A stretch of DNA of 64,000 bases from contig CATNEN010000001.1 of assembly GCA_950097015.1 (NCBI GenBank), positions 6,758,001 to 6,822,000 on the forward strand, written 5' to 3'. The position numbers and the translations under genes are program-made. The notes beneath the pieces were generated by a model. That model saw only the letters and a program-made list of their open reading frames with translations. It made no database searches and had not been told where the DNA came from. Position 1 is the first letter of the stretch. Each line of letters opens with the position of its first letter. Shown piece after piece: positions 1 through 11,824 of the stretch. The stretch is from Macrostomum hystrix (Eukaryota > Animalia > Platyhelminthes).

Positions 1-1
1 C

Positions 2-154
2 CCCTCGGTTTCAGTCTCCACCGCTGATGTGACTATTCAGGAGCCGTCTTTAACTCCGGCATCTTCTCGACTGGAAAATCAATCAATAGTCAGTGTTGAA
101 CAATCGGTTCCTAGTGATAATCCTGCCCCTGTTGGTTCTGTTCAATCTGCTTAG
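2..154 (+). CDS. Probable 3' end of a terminal coding exon entering from upstream of the window (Ser/Pro-rich, product unknown)
   Basis: Frame 2 is open from the window start: PSVSVSTADVTIQEPSLTPASSRLENQSIVSVEQSVPSDNPAPVGSVQSA, then TAG (152-154). GC content drops afterwards and there is an AATAAA near 219. Confidence 0.4.
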   Translation, partial: PSVSVSTADVTIQEPSLTPASSRLENQSIVSVEQSVPSDNPAPVGSVQSA

Positions 155-734
155 AATTTCTGTTATCTAGCTGCATTTTTTTATGATTTTTTGCTGCATA
201 GTACTTCTAGTAGGTTGGAATAAATATGGAGTAGCCTGTTATTTATGTATCTAAAAGTTATTCGAAACTGTTTTTAACGTTAAATCGCTGGAAATTCTCC
301 CATTAAGTTTTGCCGAATCCCATCCTAATATTATCTATTGACGTTTCCCCAATCGCTTCATCGATTCTCCCTTTGATAGTTATCCTAAGTCTCTTCCTAA
401 AGTTCTCTCACTTTTTATTCCTTAGTAAAATTGAACAATAAATAATTCCCAATTCTGTTTCATTCTGCAAAATACATTTCTTTCTTTCTGCGATATTTTC
501 TTGCCAGTAAATCTGTTGGACTAACTAATTGGCCTAATTAATATCTTTGTTTAAAGCTGTTTAAAGCTGGAAACTTCATTTTATACGGTAAGAACATGTG
601 TGTTGTGTACTATATTGTGGGAGACTTATGATGCATTGCGTCTTCCTAAAAAGCGTTCATCGTTTTTATATATTTTTTTATTATTTTAAGGTCAGTCCAA
701 GTTTTAACGTGGCTAAATGAGTAACGACAATTAA

Positions 735-1165
735 TGGATGCATCCATTAGCAGACTCTGATGTGGTAGCTGATAAATCAGCCAATAGCATTGCATGTGTT
801 GGTGGCTGATGTATTATTTAAAAGCAGACTGTGAGGTGGCCGTTGATGAATTAGCCAATAGCAGACCGTGTAGTGGTAATTAATGTATCAGCCAATAGCA
901 GACCGTAGGGTGGTTGTTAATGCATCAGCCAATTGCAGACCGTGTAGTGGTGATTAATGTATCAGCCAATAGCAAACACCGGGGTGGTTATTGTATCAGC
1001 CAATAGCAGACCGTAGGGTGATTGTTAATGGATCAGCCAATTGCAGACCGTGTAGTGGTGATTAATGTATCAGCCAATAGCAAACACCGGGGTGGTTATT
1101 GTATCAGCCAATAGCAGACCGTAGGGTGGTTGTTAATGTCTCAGCCAATAGCAAACCCCGAGGGT
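735..1165. repeat. Degenerate ~37-bp tandem repeat (AGCCAATAGCAGACCGTGTAGTGGTGATTAATGTATC)
   Basis: About 11 diverged units, most carrying AGCCAAT. A 109-bp higher-order duplication is visible. Confidence 0.85.
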
Positions 1166-1877
1166 GAGGTGTTGGTTTTAAAATCTGTCCATAGCCAAGC
1201 ATGTAGAGGGAGGTTCTTAGCCAAATAATTAGTTACTGATTATTGCACTGAATCCCTTAAAGAGTGGCATTTTTAAACTACTCACCACTCCATTACGATT
1301 AGGCATAATAAATAATCTTAGGTGTTTTAAGCGATAAAATGGTTGTTAAATCAGTCTTTCTCGACTATATTAGTTTAGTTGCCATGGAAAACATTGCTTC
1401 TTTGGTAATGCTATTCTATTTCTGTTAGATGGGTTGTTATTATAATTTCATATATATTATAATTATTTAATTATTCAATTTTATTATCTAATTAGTGTAT
1501 TATTTGTGCAATACAGCAAAGAAATAGTATTTATATGTCTCGTACATTACAAAATCTTTAGATAAAAATTATTATTTTAAGCGTTTCTTAGATTTTCGTG
1601 TCTATCCATGATTGATAACTGTGCATATTTTTGTGTACTACAACAATTCTTTCACTATTCCATGGTTGCTTGTTTTCCAAATATAAAGTTATCGACAGAA
1701 GAAATGTATAGATTATTAAATTATAATTTTATAGCTATGCTATAAATGTGGTAGTTTTTGTTTCAATGAAACCTGCATAAATACGTGTTGCATATGAGTT
1801 CATTATAACAACTTATTTGAACATTTTCCAGGTTTGATGTTCAACACTTGATATTTTAGATTTTTGCATTTGAATCA

Positions 1878-2920
1878 TCTAGGTATGAGATTTCGGATCC
1901 GATAGTCTATTTGTAAGATTTCGGATCTGATAGTCTATTTGTGAGATTTCGGATCCGATAGTCTATTTGTAAGATTTCGGATCTGATAGTCTATTTGTGA
2001 GATTTCGGATCCGATAGTCTATTTGTAAGATTTCGGATCTGATAGTCTATTTGTGAGATTTTGGATCTGATAGTCTATTTGTGAGATTTCGGATCTGATA
2101 GTCTGTTTGTGAGATTTCGGATCTGATAGTCTAGGTGTGAGATTTCGGATCTGATAGTCTGTTTGTGAGATTTCGGATCTGATAGTCAAGGTGTGAGATT
2201 TCGGATTTTATAGTCTAGGTGTGAGATTTCGGATCTTGATAGTCAAGGTGTGAGATTTCGGATCTGATAGTCTAGATGTGAGATTTCGGATTTGATAGTC
2301 TGTTTGTGAGATTTCGGATCTGATAGTCTAAGGTGTGAGATTTCGGATTTGATAGTCTGTTTGTGAGATTTCGGATCTGATAGTCTAGGTGTGAGATTTC
2401 GGATCTTGATAGTCAAGGTGTGAGATTTCGGATCTGATAGTCAAGGTGTGAGATTTCGGATCTGATAGTCAAGGTGTGAGATTTCGGATCTGATAGTCTA
2501 GGTGTGAGATTTCGGATCTTGATAGTCTAGGTGTGAGATTTCGGATCTTGATAGTCAAGGTGTGAGATTTCGGATCTGATAGTCAAGGTGTGAGATTTCG
2601 GATCTGATAGTCAAGGTGCGAGATTTCGGATCTGATAGTCTAGGTGTGAGATTTCGGATCTGATAGTCAAGGTGCGAGATTTCGGATCTGATAGTCTAGG
2701 TGTGAGATTTCGGATCTGATAGTCAAGGTGTGAGATTTCGAATCTGATTGTCAAGGTGTGAAATTTCGGATCTAATAGTCTAGGTGTGAGATTTCGGATT
2801 TTATAGTCTAGGTGTGAGATTTCGGATCTAATAGTCTAGGTGTGAGATTTCGGATTTTATAGTCTAGGTGTGAGATTTCGGATCTGATAGTCAAGGTGTG
2901 AGATTTCGGATTTGATAGTT
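1878..2920. repeat. 28-bp minisatellite (GTGAGATTTCGGATCTGATAGTCTAGGT)
   Basis: Directly visible tandem units. Confidence 0.95.
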
Positions 2921-3442
2921 GAAAAGTTTAAAATCGAAGGTAGTGAGATTTTGGTTCGGATATTTCAGGCAAATGATTTTTAGTCCAAATAATATTTTTT
3001 AATTAAGCGCCTGTCAAAGTGGCACGTCTCACTACTTGAAAATATGCCAGACAAAGCTATATTTGCCATTAGTGGCTGGCTGGTTAATTAGACTTTAATT
3101 AAGGTATTCAATGATACTTTTAACATGCCCAAAGTAAGACCAGAATCGCGCCGACTTGCAGTTTGAATTGTTCGACCGTGTAATCAATTAATTAGGCTAG
3201 TTCGTTATAAGTCCGCCCACTAATTATGTATCTTACAGTTTTCTGCTTCAGCTCAAATTAGGAATTTATAGTTGCAGCTATGAAGCATTGTACTAGTAGC
3301 TTCTCTCTTAGTTTAAGGCTTCTCTCTAGCTGTGCCATTGTAGTTTATTGCTGTCTCTCTGTGAGCACAACTCATTCTAAACCTTTATAGATGACACATT
3401 TTATGCTATTTTTAATTTGGATGCAAGCTTTGGCAGTGGGCC

Positions 3443-4155
3443 TTATCTGGCTCAGCTGTTTCCTCAACAAATTCCTCATCTGGCTCAGCTGTTTCCTCAA
3501 CAAATTCCTCATCTGGCTGAGCTGTTTCCTCATCTGTTTCCTCATCTGGCTCAGCTGTTTCCTCATCTATCTCAGCTGTTTCCTTATCTGTTTCCTCATC
3601 TGGCTCAGCTGTTTCCTCATCTAGCTCAGCTGTTTCCTCATCTGGCTCAGCTGTTTCCTCATCTGGCTCAGCTGTTTCCTCATCTAGCTCAGCTGTTTCC
3701 TCACCTGGCTCAGCTGTTTCCTCATCTGGCTCAGCTGTTTCCTCATCTAGCTCAGCTGTTTCCTCATCTAGCTCAGCTGTTTCCTTATCTGTTTCCTCAT
3801 CTGGCTCAGCTGTTTCCTCATCTGGCTCAGCTGTTTCCTCATCTAGCTCAGCTGTTTCCTCACCTGGCTCAGCTGTTTCCTCATCTGGCTCAGCTGTTTC
3901 CTCATCTAGCTCAGCTGTTTCCTCATCAAGCTCAGCTGTTTCCTCATCAAGCTCAGCTGTTTCCTCATCTAGCTCAGCTGTTTCCTCATCTGGCTCAGCT
4001 GTTTCCTCATCTAGCTCAGCTGTTTCCACATCTAGCTCAGCTGTTTCCTCATCTGGCTCAGCTGTTTCCTCATCTAGCTCAGCTGTTTCCTCATCTGGCT
4101 CAACTGTTTCCACATCTAGCTCAGCTGTTTCCTCATCTGGCTCAGCTGTTTCCTA
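3443..4155. repeat. 21-bp minisatellite (CATCTGGCTCAGCTGTTTCCT)
   Basis: Tandem units. They explain the spurious repeat ORFs at 3372-4160. Confidence 0.95.
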
Positions 4156-4552
4156 ACTAACTAAAAGGCTTATCGGCGCCAACTGGTTTTAAGGCAATTA
4201 TGGGCAATGTATATAATAAACATTATATACAGTTGCCAATTGCACACTTTGGTTTCTCTGTAATCTAAAAAAAGAAACAGATATATATTTAAAAACTTAA
4301 AATTAGCTACTTTTTCTTTTTGCACAAAAGCCACGCCCTTATATTAGTCATTTAGAAATTGTTCCACTATTGTTTTGCATACAGAAAAACTGATGAGATG
4401 CGACAGGTAGAGGGACTGGGATTTCATATAGAATGCGGATAGGAAAATAATGATGTTAGTGAGATTAGGGTTAGAATTATGGCTGAGATGGGATTTAAAG
4501 CTCTGAAAGTATTAAAGTTTGGTTAACCCAAACTATTTTGTTGACCTTGTGA

Positions 4553-5300
4553 CCATGGTATGACCCAGTGTCTATGTTATAACCTAGTGTATATGGTATG
4601 ACCCAGTGTCTATGTTATAACCTAGTGTATATGGTATGACCCAGTGTCTATGTTATAACCTAGTGTATATGGTATGACCCAGTGTCTATGTTATAACCTA
4701 GTGTATATGGTATGACCCAGTGTCTATGTTATAACCTAGTGTATATGGTATGACCCAGTGTCTATGTTATAACCTAGTGTATATGGTATGACCTATTGTC
4801 AATGGTATGACCTATTGTCAATGGTATGACCTATTGTCAACGGTATGACCTAGTGTATATGGTATGACCTAGTGTATATGGTATGACCTAGTGTATATGG
4901 TATGACCTAGTGTATATGGTATGACCTAGTGTCTATGGTATGACCTAGTGTATATGGTATGACCTAGTGTATATGGTATGACCTATTGTCAATGGTATGA
5001 CCTAGTGTATATGGTATGACCTATTGTCAATGGTATGACCTAGTGTATATGGTATGACCTATTGTCAATGGTATGACCTAGTGTATATGGTATGACCTAG
5101 TGTATATGGTATGACCTAGTGTATATGGTATGACCTAGTGTCTGTGACTATGATATGACCTAGTGTCTGTGACTATGATATAACCTAGTGTCTGTGACTA
5201 TGATATGACCTAGTGTCTGTGACTATGGTATTACCTAGTGTCTGTGACTATGGTATGACCTAGGGTGTATGACCAAGGTCATCTACCATATGACCTTGTG
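4553..5300. repeat. 18-bp minisatellite (ATGGTATGACCTAGTGTC/AT family), with a 36-bp dimer and a 24-bp variant
   Basis: Tandem units. The same family recurs at 8719-9910. Confidence 0.95.
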
Positions 5301-5953
5301 TCTATGGTAGACGTAATCTCCGAACAGGCATGTGTTCCGTTATCAATTCCCCTCTAAATTTCTGAAAGCAAACAGCACAGACCGCAGTAATTTTTGCTCA
5401 TTCGACAATTGTGCAGTCGCTAACTTTGATGCCGAGTTGAAAATAGACATATTTCTCTATTCTTCAGTGCCTATCGGCTAAAAAAGTGGCAGAAAGAGTT
5501 CTATTCTCATCTTTTCATGGTTTTTGGTTTCGTCTCTTTCGAGCACTGTTGAGCATGCTTGTCTTAGAAGACTCCAAAGGCTTCGTTCTCTTTACTATTG
5601 GGTTCAACTCTTTCTGTTGTGACATTCTTTTCTAGGAAATAGAATTGTGTGCGAGTGAGTGTGTTAAGCCACATGCTTTTCACATCGGACCCAACCCATC
5701 GTCTCATTGTCCACTTTTTTTGTCGTTTCGTCTTTTTTACTGGCTATTCTCAGCCATCGTGGTCGTTATTATACCAACTGAGGCTTAGTGTCAAAGCGGT
5801 GTGTATTTAAGCTGAGGCTCGGTTCATTGAGTCTTAACTAGAAAAAGCATTGCTTTAACCTCTTTGACGTTTTAAAAAATTAATATAAATTACAAATTTA
5901 AGGATTCTATGATAAACATTCTCAGATGCATATTAAGTATCGATATTTCATAG

Positions 5954-6004
5954 ACTTTGTTGGCAAGTTTGTCTTTTTTGTTCAGGTTTTGTTATCAAAT
6001 GTCG
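5954..6004 (+). CDS. Candidate extracellular exon of the single-pass membrane protein (xFVGKFVFFVQVLLSNV)
   Basis: TTTCATAG acceptor and strong G|GTAAGT donor at 6005. Phase 1 matches the exon at 8509. Confidence 0.4.
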
Positions 6005-6057
6005 GTAAGTTCTTTTTCAGTGCGTTAACTGTTGCTACTTGCCACAAAATTGCCACA

Positions 6058-8412
6058 AAACCTTCCGTTCTTTAGCAAGTTTATTAGGAAACCTTCAGTT
6101 CCTTAGCCAGTTGATTAGGAAACCTTCAGTTCCTTAGCCAGTTTGTAGGAAACCGTCAGTTCCTTAGCCAGTTTGTAGGAAACCTTCAGTTCCTTAGCCA
6201 GTTGATTAGGAAGCCTTCAGTTCCTTAGCCAGTTTGTAGGAAACCGTCAGTTCCTTAACCAGTTGATTAGAAAGCCTTCAGTTCCTTAGCCAGTTGATTA
6301 GGAAACCTTCAGTTCCTTAGCCAGATTATTAGGAAACCTTCAGTTCCTTAGCCAGTTTGTAGGAAACCTTCAGTTCCTTAGCCAGTTTATTAGGAAACCT
6401 TCAGTTCCTTAGCCAGTTTGTAGGAAACCTTCAGTTCCTTAGCCAGTTTGTAGGAAACCTTCAGTTCCTTAGCCAGTTGATTAGGAAGCCTTCAGTTCCT
6501 TAGCCAGTTGATTAGGAAACCTTCAGTTCCTTAGCCAGATTATTAGGAAACCTTCAGTTCCTTAGCCAGTTTGTAGGAAACCTTCAGTTCCTTAGCCAGT
6601 TGATTAGGAAACCTTCAGTTCCTTAGCCAGTTTGTAGGAAACCTTCAGTTCCTTAGCCAGTTGATTAGGAAACCTTCAGTTCCTTAGCCAGTTTGTAGGA
6701 AACCTTCAGTTCCTTAGCCAGTTTGTAGGAAACCTTCAGTTCCTTAGCCAGTTTGTAGGAAACCTTCAGTTCCTTAGCCAGTTGATTAGGAAACCTTCAG
6801 TTCTTTAGCAAGTTTATTAGGTGACCTTCAGTTCCTTAGCCAGTTTGTAGGAAACCTTCAGTTCCTTAGCCAGTTGATTAGGAAACCTTCAGTTCCTTAG
6901 CCAGTTTATTAGGAAACCTTCAGTTCCTTAGCCAGTTTGTAGGAAACCTTCAGTTCCTTAGCCAGTTTATTAGGAAACCTTCAGTTCCTTAGCCAGTTTG
7001 TAGGAAACCTTCAGTTCCTTAGCCAGTTGATTAGGAAGCCTTCAGTTCCTTAGACAGTTGATTAGGAAACCTTCAGTTCCTTAGCCAGTTTGTAGGAAAC
7101 CTTCAGTTTCTTAGCCAGTTGATTAGGAAACCTTCAGTTCCTTAGCCAGTTGATTAGGAAATCTTCAGTTCCTTAGCCAGTTTGTAGGAAACCTTCAGTT
7201 CCTTAGCCAGTTTGTAGGAAACCGTCAGTTCCTTAGCCAGTTGATTAGGAAGCCTTCAGTTCCTTAGCCAGATTATTAGGAAACCTTCAGTTCCTTAGCC
7301 AGTTTGTAGGAAACCGTCAGTTCCTTAGCCAGTTGATTAGAAAGCCTTCAGTTCCTTAGCCAGTTGATTAGGAAACCTTCAGTTCCTTAGCCAGTTTGTA
7401 GGAAACCGTCAGTTCCTTAGCCAGTTGATTAGAAAGCCTTCAGTTCCTTAGCCAGTTGATTAGGAAACCTTCAGTTCCTTAGCCAGTTTATTAGGAAACC
7501 TTCAGTTCCTTAGCCAGTTTGTAGGAAACCTTCAGTTCCTTAGCCAGTTGATTAGGAAACCTTCAGTTCCTTAGCCAGTTTGTAGGAAACCTTCAGTTCT
7601 TTAGCAAGTTTATTAGGTGACCTTCAGTTCCTTAGCCAGTTTGTAGGAAACCTTCAGTTCCTTAGCCAGTTGATTAGGAAACCTTCAGTTCCTTAGCCAG
7701 TTGATTAGGAAACCTTCAGTTCCTTAGCCAGTTTGTAGGAAACCTTCAGTTCCTTAGCCAGTTTATTAGGAAACCTTCAGTTCCTTAGCCAGTTTTTTAG
7801 GAAACCTTCAGTTCCTTAGCCAGTTGATTAGGAAACCTTCAGTTCCTTAGCCAGTTGATTAGGAAACCTTCAGTTCCTTAGCCAGTTGATTAGGAAACCT
7901 TCAGATCCTTAGCCAGTTGATTAGGAAACCTTCAGTTCCTTAGCCAGTTGATTAGGAAACCTTCAGTTCCTTAGCCAGTTGATTAGGAAACCTTCAGTTC
8001 CTTAGCCAGTTGATTAGGAAACCTTCAGTTCCTTAGCCAGTTGATTAGGAAACCTTCAGTTCCTTAGCCAGTTGATTAGGAAACCTTCAGATCCTTAGCC
8101 AGTTGATTAGGAAATCTTCAGTTCCTTAGCCAGTTTGTAGGAAACCTTCAGTTCCTTAGCCAGTTTGTAGGAAACCTTCAGTTCCTTAGCCAGTTTATTA
8201 GGAAACCTTCAGTTCCTTAGCCAGTTTTTTAGGAAACCTTCAGTTCCTTAGCCAGTTGATTAGGAAACCTTCAGTTCCTTAGCCAGTTGATTAGGAAACC
8301 TTCAGATCCTTAGCCAGTTGATTAGGAAATCTTCAGTTCCTTAGCCAGTTTGTAGGAAACCTTCAGTTCCTTAGCCAGTTTGTAGGAAACCGTCAGTTCC
8401 TTATCCAGTTTA
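6058..8412. repeat. 30/31-bp minisatellite (AGGAAACCTTCAGTTCCTTAGCCAGTTGATT), intronic
   Basis: About 75 tandem units. Confidence 0.97.
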
Positions 8413-8508
8413 TGTTGGCTAATGTTGGTATTTGAAATACCCCTACCCTGTGGCGTAATTACTGTTAATGCGTTATTTTCTAACCAATATTCAAATCTGC
8501 GATTTTAG

Positions 8509-8650
8509 TCTCAGCTGACAGCTTTCAAGCACAGTTCAGCAATGCAACATACTATGGCCTGGCCATTGCCGGCATCAGTTTGGGTGCCGCCATGGGGGCT
8601 GCGCTACTGGGCCTGCTGATATTCTGCCTCGTCCGACGACAAAGGAGGAA
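8509..8650 (+). CDS. Transmembrane-helix exon of a single-pass (type I-like) membrane protein
   Basis: GATTTTAG acceptor. Encodes SADSFQAQFSNATYYGLAIAGISLGAAMGAALLGLLIFCLVRRQRR, a hydrophobic stretch followed by a basic stop-transfer cluster. GTGAGC donor at 8651, phase 2. Confidence 0.8.
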
Positions 8651-8948
8651 GTGAGCGATGAAAAAATTGTTTCTAAGCCGAAATTCTTACTGTATACTGA
8701 GTAATTTACTGAACAAATTGTCTATGGTATGACCTAGTGTCTATGGTATGACCTAGTGTCTATAGTATGACCTAGTGTATATGGTATGACCTAGTGTCTA
8801 TGGTATGACCTAGTGTCTATGGTATGACCTAGTGTCTATGGTATGACCTAGTGTCTATGGTATGACCTAGTGTCTATGGTATGAGCTAGTGTCTATTGTA
8901 TGACCTAGTGTCTATTGTATGATCTAGTGTCTGTGAGACGACCTAGTG

Positions 8949-9735
8949 CAGGGGTCGGCAAACTTAGGCCCACGGGCCAGATGCGGCCCTCGAAGCTCCT
9001 AAAACCCGGCCCGTTGCCCCTACCGACACATACAGTTTCCTCTCTATCCTTCCCCTCTCATATCTCCCGTGTCTCATCTCTCCCGTGTCTCATCTCTCCC
9101 GTGTCTCATCTCTCCCGTGTCTCATCTCTCCCGTGTCTCATCTCTCCCATGTCTCATCTCTCCCGGTTCTCATCTCTCCCGTGTCTCATCTCTCCCGTGT
9201 CTCATCTCTCCCATGTCTCATCTCTCCCGTGTCTCATCTCTCCCGTGTCTCATCTCTCCCGTGTCTCATCTCTCCCGTGTCTCATCTCTCCCATGTCTCA
9301 TCTCTCCCGTGTCTCATCTCTCCCGTGTCTCATCTCTCCCATGTCTCATCTCTCCCGGTTCTCATCTCTCCCGTGTCTCATCTCTCCCGTGTCTCATCTC
9401 TCCCGTGTCTCATCTCTCCCGTGTCTCATCTCTCCCGTGTCTCATCTCTCCCGTGTCTCATCTCTCCCGTGTCTCATCTCTCCCGTGTCTCATCTCTCCC
9501 GTGTCTCATCTCTCCCGTGTCTCATCTCTCCCATGTCTCATCTCTCCCGTGTCTCATATCTCCCGTGTCTCATCTCTCCCATGTCTCATCTCTCCCGTGT
9601 CTCATCTCTCCCGTGTCTGTCTCATCTTCTCATAGCTGAACTATCCCCATCTCATATTTCTACTGTCAATACGGCCCACTGTCGTCTTTTAGGTGCTGTA
9701 TTTGGCCCACTAGCTAATAACTTTGCCAAACCCTG
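8949..9735. mobile_element. Non-autonomous hAT (Charlie-like) DNA transposon carrying an internal 16-bp minisatellite
   Basis: Termini CAGGGGTCGGCAAAC / CTTTGCCAAACCCTG (imperfect TIR). Subterminal GGCCCACGGGCCAGATGCGGCCC. Flanks ACCTAGTG (8941-8948) and ACCTTAGTG (9736-9744) form an 8-bp TSD with a 1-nt indel. Confidence 0.8.
9058..9620. repeat. 16-bp minisatellite (TCTCCCGTGTCTCATC)
   Basis: About 35 units. The same family occurs at 11035-11200 (inverted), 29967-31100 and 34515-34960. Confidence 0.95.
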
Positions 9736-9940
9736 ACCTTAGTGTCTCTGGAATGACCTAGTGTCTATTGCATGACCTAGTATCTGTGGTATGACGTAGT
9801 GTCTATTGTATGACCTAGTGTCTATTGCATGACCTAGTATCTGTGGTATGACGTAGTGTCTATTGCATGACCTAGTATCTGTGGTATGATCTAGTGTCTA
9901 TGGTATGACCCACAAAAGCTATATTGATCCTGACCCTAAG

Positions 9941-10188
9941 GCAAACTTCAGGCAAGAAGTTTACACCGTCGGACACGGAGGCAACGAATTCGACGAATTC
10001 TCGAGTAGGCAACGCAGGCGCTGCGTCAAATTTCGGTCCGATGGCTCTGCCGGGCGTCGCGACTCTAACTGGCGGAGTCGGCGCCGGCAGCGGCGGCAGA
10101 CTAAAAAACGGCATCAGAAATGTCAGCGGCGGCGGAAGCAGTGGCGCAGACAGCGGAGGTCGAAGACAACCTACACTTGCGGCTCAGT
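9941..10188 (+). CDS. Membrane-protein cytoplasmic exon (Gly/Ser-rich)
   Basis: CCCTAAG acceptor. AA|G completes Lys, then QTSGKKFTPSDTEAT...RRQPTLAAQ. GTGGGT donor at 10189, phase 1. GC-rich island. Confidence 0.75.
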
Positions 10189-10257
10189 GTGGGTTATTAA
10201 TAGTATTTGAATCATTTTCTTTAAAAATTTCATTTAATTGTGTCTGTTAAGTAAACA

Positions 10258-10520
10258 GTCCTGTCTAAGAGGTAGAGTCCTATTTAGCAGGTAAATAGTC
10301 CTGTTTAACAGGTAATTAGGCCTGTTTAACAGGTAAATAGTCCTGTTTAACAGGTAATTAGTCCTGTTTAACAGGTAATTAGGCCTGTTTAACAGGTAAT
10401 TAGGCCTGTTTAACAGGTAATTAGGCCTGTTTAACATGTAAATAGTCGTGTTTAACAGGTAAATAGTCCTGTTTAACAGGTAATTAGGCCTGTTTAACAG
10501 GTAAATAGTTATCTCTAGCA
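10258..10520. repeat. 21-bp palindromic minisatellite (CCTGTTTAACAGGTAATTAGG / ...GTAAATAGT)
   Basis: About 12 tandem units inside a 391-nt intron. Confidence 0.9.
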
Positions 10521-10579
10521 GGTGAAAAAAGTCTAGTCAAACAAGTAATTTACATTTTTTTCTCGCTAATTATTTTCAG

Positions 10580-10696
10580 ACACAAATCCAGCATTTGCCT
10601 CCAGCACGGACAGGGGAATTGTGATGTCAGCGACAAATTTGTACCGCAATTCTAGCCTTTTAAGGCCTGTGCCATACACAGCGTCGTTGGAGTCAA
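10580..10696 (+). CDS. Membrane-protein cytoplasmic exon (begins YTNPAF)
   Basis: TATTTTCAG acceptor and GTGAGT donor at 10697, phase 1/1. Encodes YTNPAFASSTDRGIVMSATNLYRNSSLLRPVPYTASLES. Confidence 0.75.
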
Positions 10697-11034
10697 GTGA
10701 GTTTATTTCGCTCCATATCTTCGTTTTTATGTACATTTTTGCAATTTGTGGCGAGAAATTACCAATCAGATGTTTTTACAGAGTGGGTCTTTTCCCTCAA
10801 AAGTCATCATATGATGTACATGTTTTTAGGGAATTTCAGACGCTTAATGTACATTCGGGGGTTAGAAAACTTGCCGTTAGAATGTGCACCTAGGGTAGAG
10901 AAACTTTCAACATAATGCACACAAGGAAACCTCAAATCATGAAATAGATAAGGATCGATCTATGCTAGCATGGCCAAATACGAGTATATACAAGTATAGA
11001 GAATCCAAAATGGACAGCGTTTATAATGTTATAA

Positions 11035-11690
11035 AGAGATGAAACGAGAGACATGAGACACAGGAGAGATGAGACACAGGAGAGATGAGACACGGGAGAG
11101 ATGAGACACGGGAGAGATGAGACACGGGAGAGATGAGACACGGGACAGATGAGACACGGGAGAGATGAGACACGGGAGAGATTAGACACGGGAGAGATAA
11201 GCTAGGGTAGAGATAAGCTAGCGTAGAGATAAGCTAGCGTAGAGATAAGCTAGCGTAGAGATAAACTAGGATAGAGATAAGCAAGGGTAGAGATAAGCTA
11301 GGGTAGAGATAAGACACGGTAGAGATGTGACATGAGACACAGGATGAGACATAGGATGAGACACAGGAGAGACGAGACATGAGAGAGATGAGACACGGAG
11401 AGAGATGAGACACGGGAGAGATAATCTAGGGTAGAGATAAGCTAGGGTAGAGATAAGCTAGGGTAGAGATAAGCTAGGGTAGAGTTAAGCTAGGGTAGAG
11501 TTAAGCTAGGGTAGAGTTAAGCTATGGTAGAGTTAAGCTAGGGTAGGGATAATCTAGGGTAGAGATAAGCTAGGGTAGATATAAGCTAGGATAGAGATAA
11601 GCTAGGGTAGAGATAAGCTAGGGTAGAGATAAGCTGAGAGATAAGACACGGTAGAGATGTGACACGGGAAGGTGAGACAAGAGACACGGT
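11035..11690. repeat. Compound 16-bp minisatellites (GAGAGATGAGACACGG and AGATAAGCTAGGGTAG)
   Basis: Two interleaved 16-bp families. The first is the reverse complement of the 9058-9620 unit. Confidence 0.9.
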
Positions 11691-11824
11691 AGAAGCAGGT
11701 GGTTGAAACCAGTGGGTGGCATTTTAGAGTTACTTTCATCTCAGAAGGCGCCATCAAACATGGAACATCGGCATCGCCTTTTATTTATGTAACTAACTAC
11801 GAGTATATTGCCCTTTATTGTCAG

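Larger units (their letters stand above)
8719..9910. repeat. 18-bp minisatellite (same family as 4553-5300) interrupted by a hAT MITE
   Basis: GACCTAGTGTCTATGGTA-type units on both sides of 8949-9735. Confidence 0.9.

Noticed and set aside
1384-1800. Cys-rich fragments suggestive of a WSC-like ectodomain (MGCYYNF, DNCAYFC, LCYKCGSFC)
   Set aside because: They could not be joined with phase-consistent introns of plausible size, and the region is very AT-rich. Not called as CDS.
3372-4160. Long ORFs (EPDEETA / HLAQLFP repeats)
   Set aside because: These are translations of a 21-bp minisatellite that is open on both strands, with no unique coding flanks or splice support.
6058-8412. CRISPR-like 30-34-bp periodicity (also 54282-56148 and 62207-63797)
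   Set aside because: Head-to-tail repeats without unique spacers, no cas genes, eukaryotic context.
8915-9736. SHLSRVSSLPCLISP-type ORFs (also 30011-31090, 34204-34946 and 48191-48631)
   Set aside because: Translated 16-bp or 4-bp tandem repeats.
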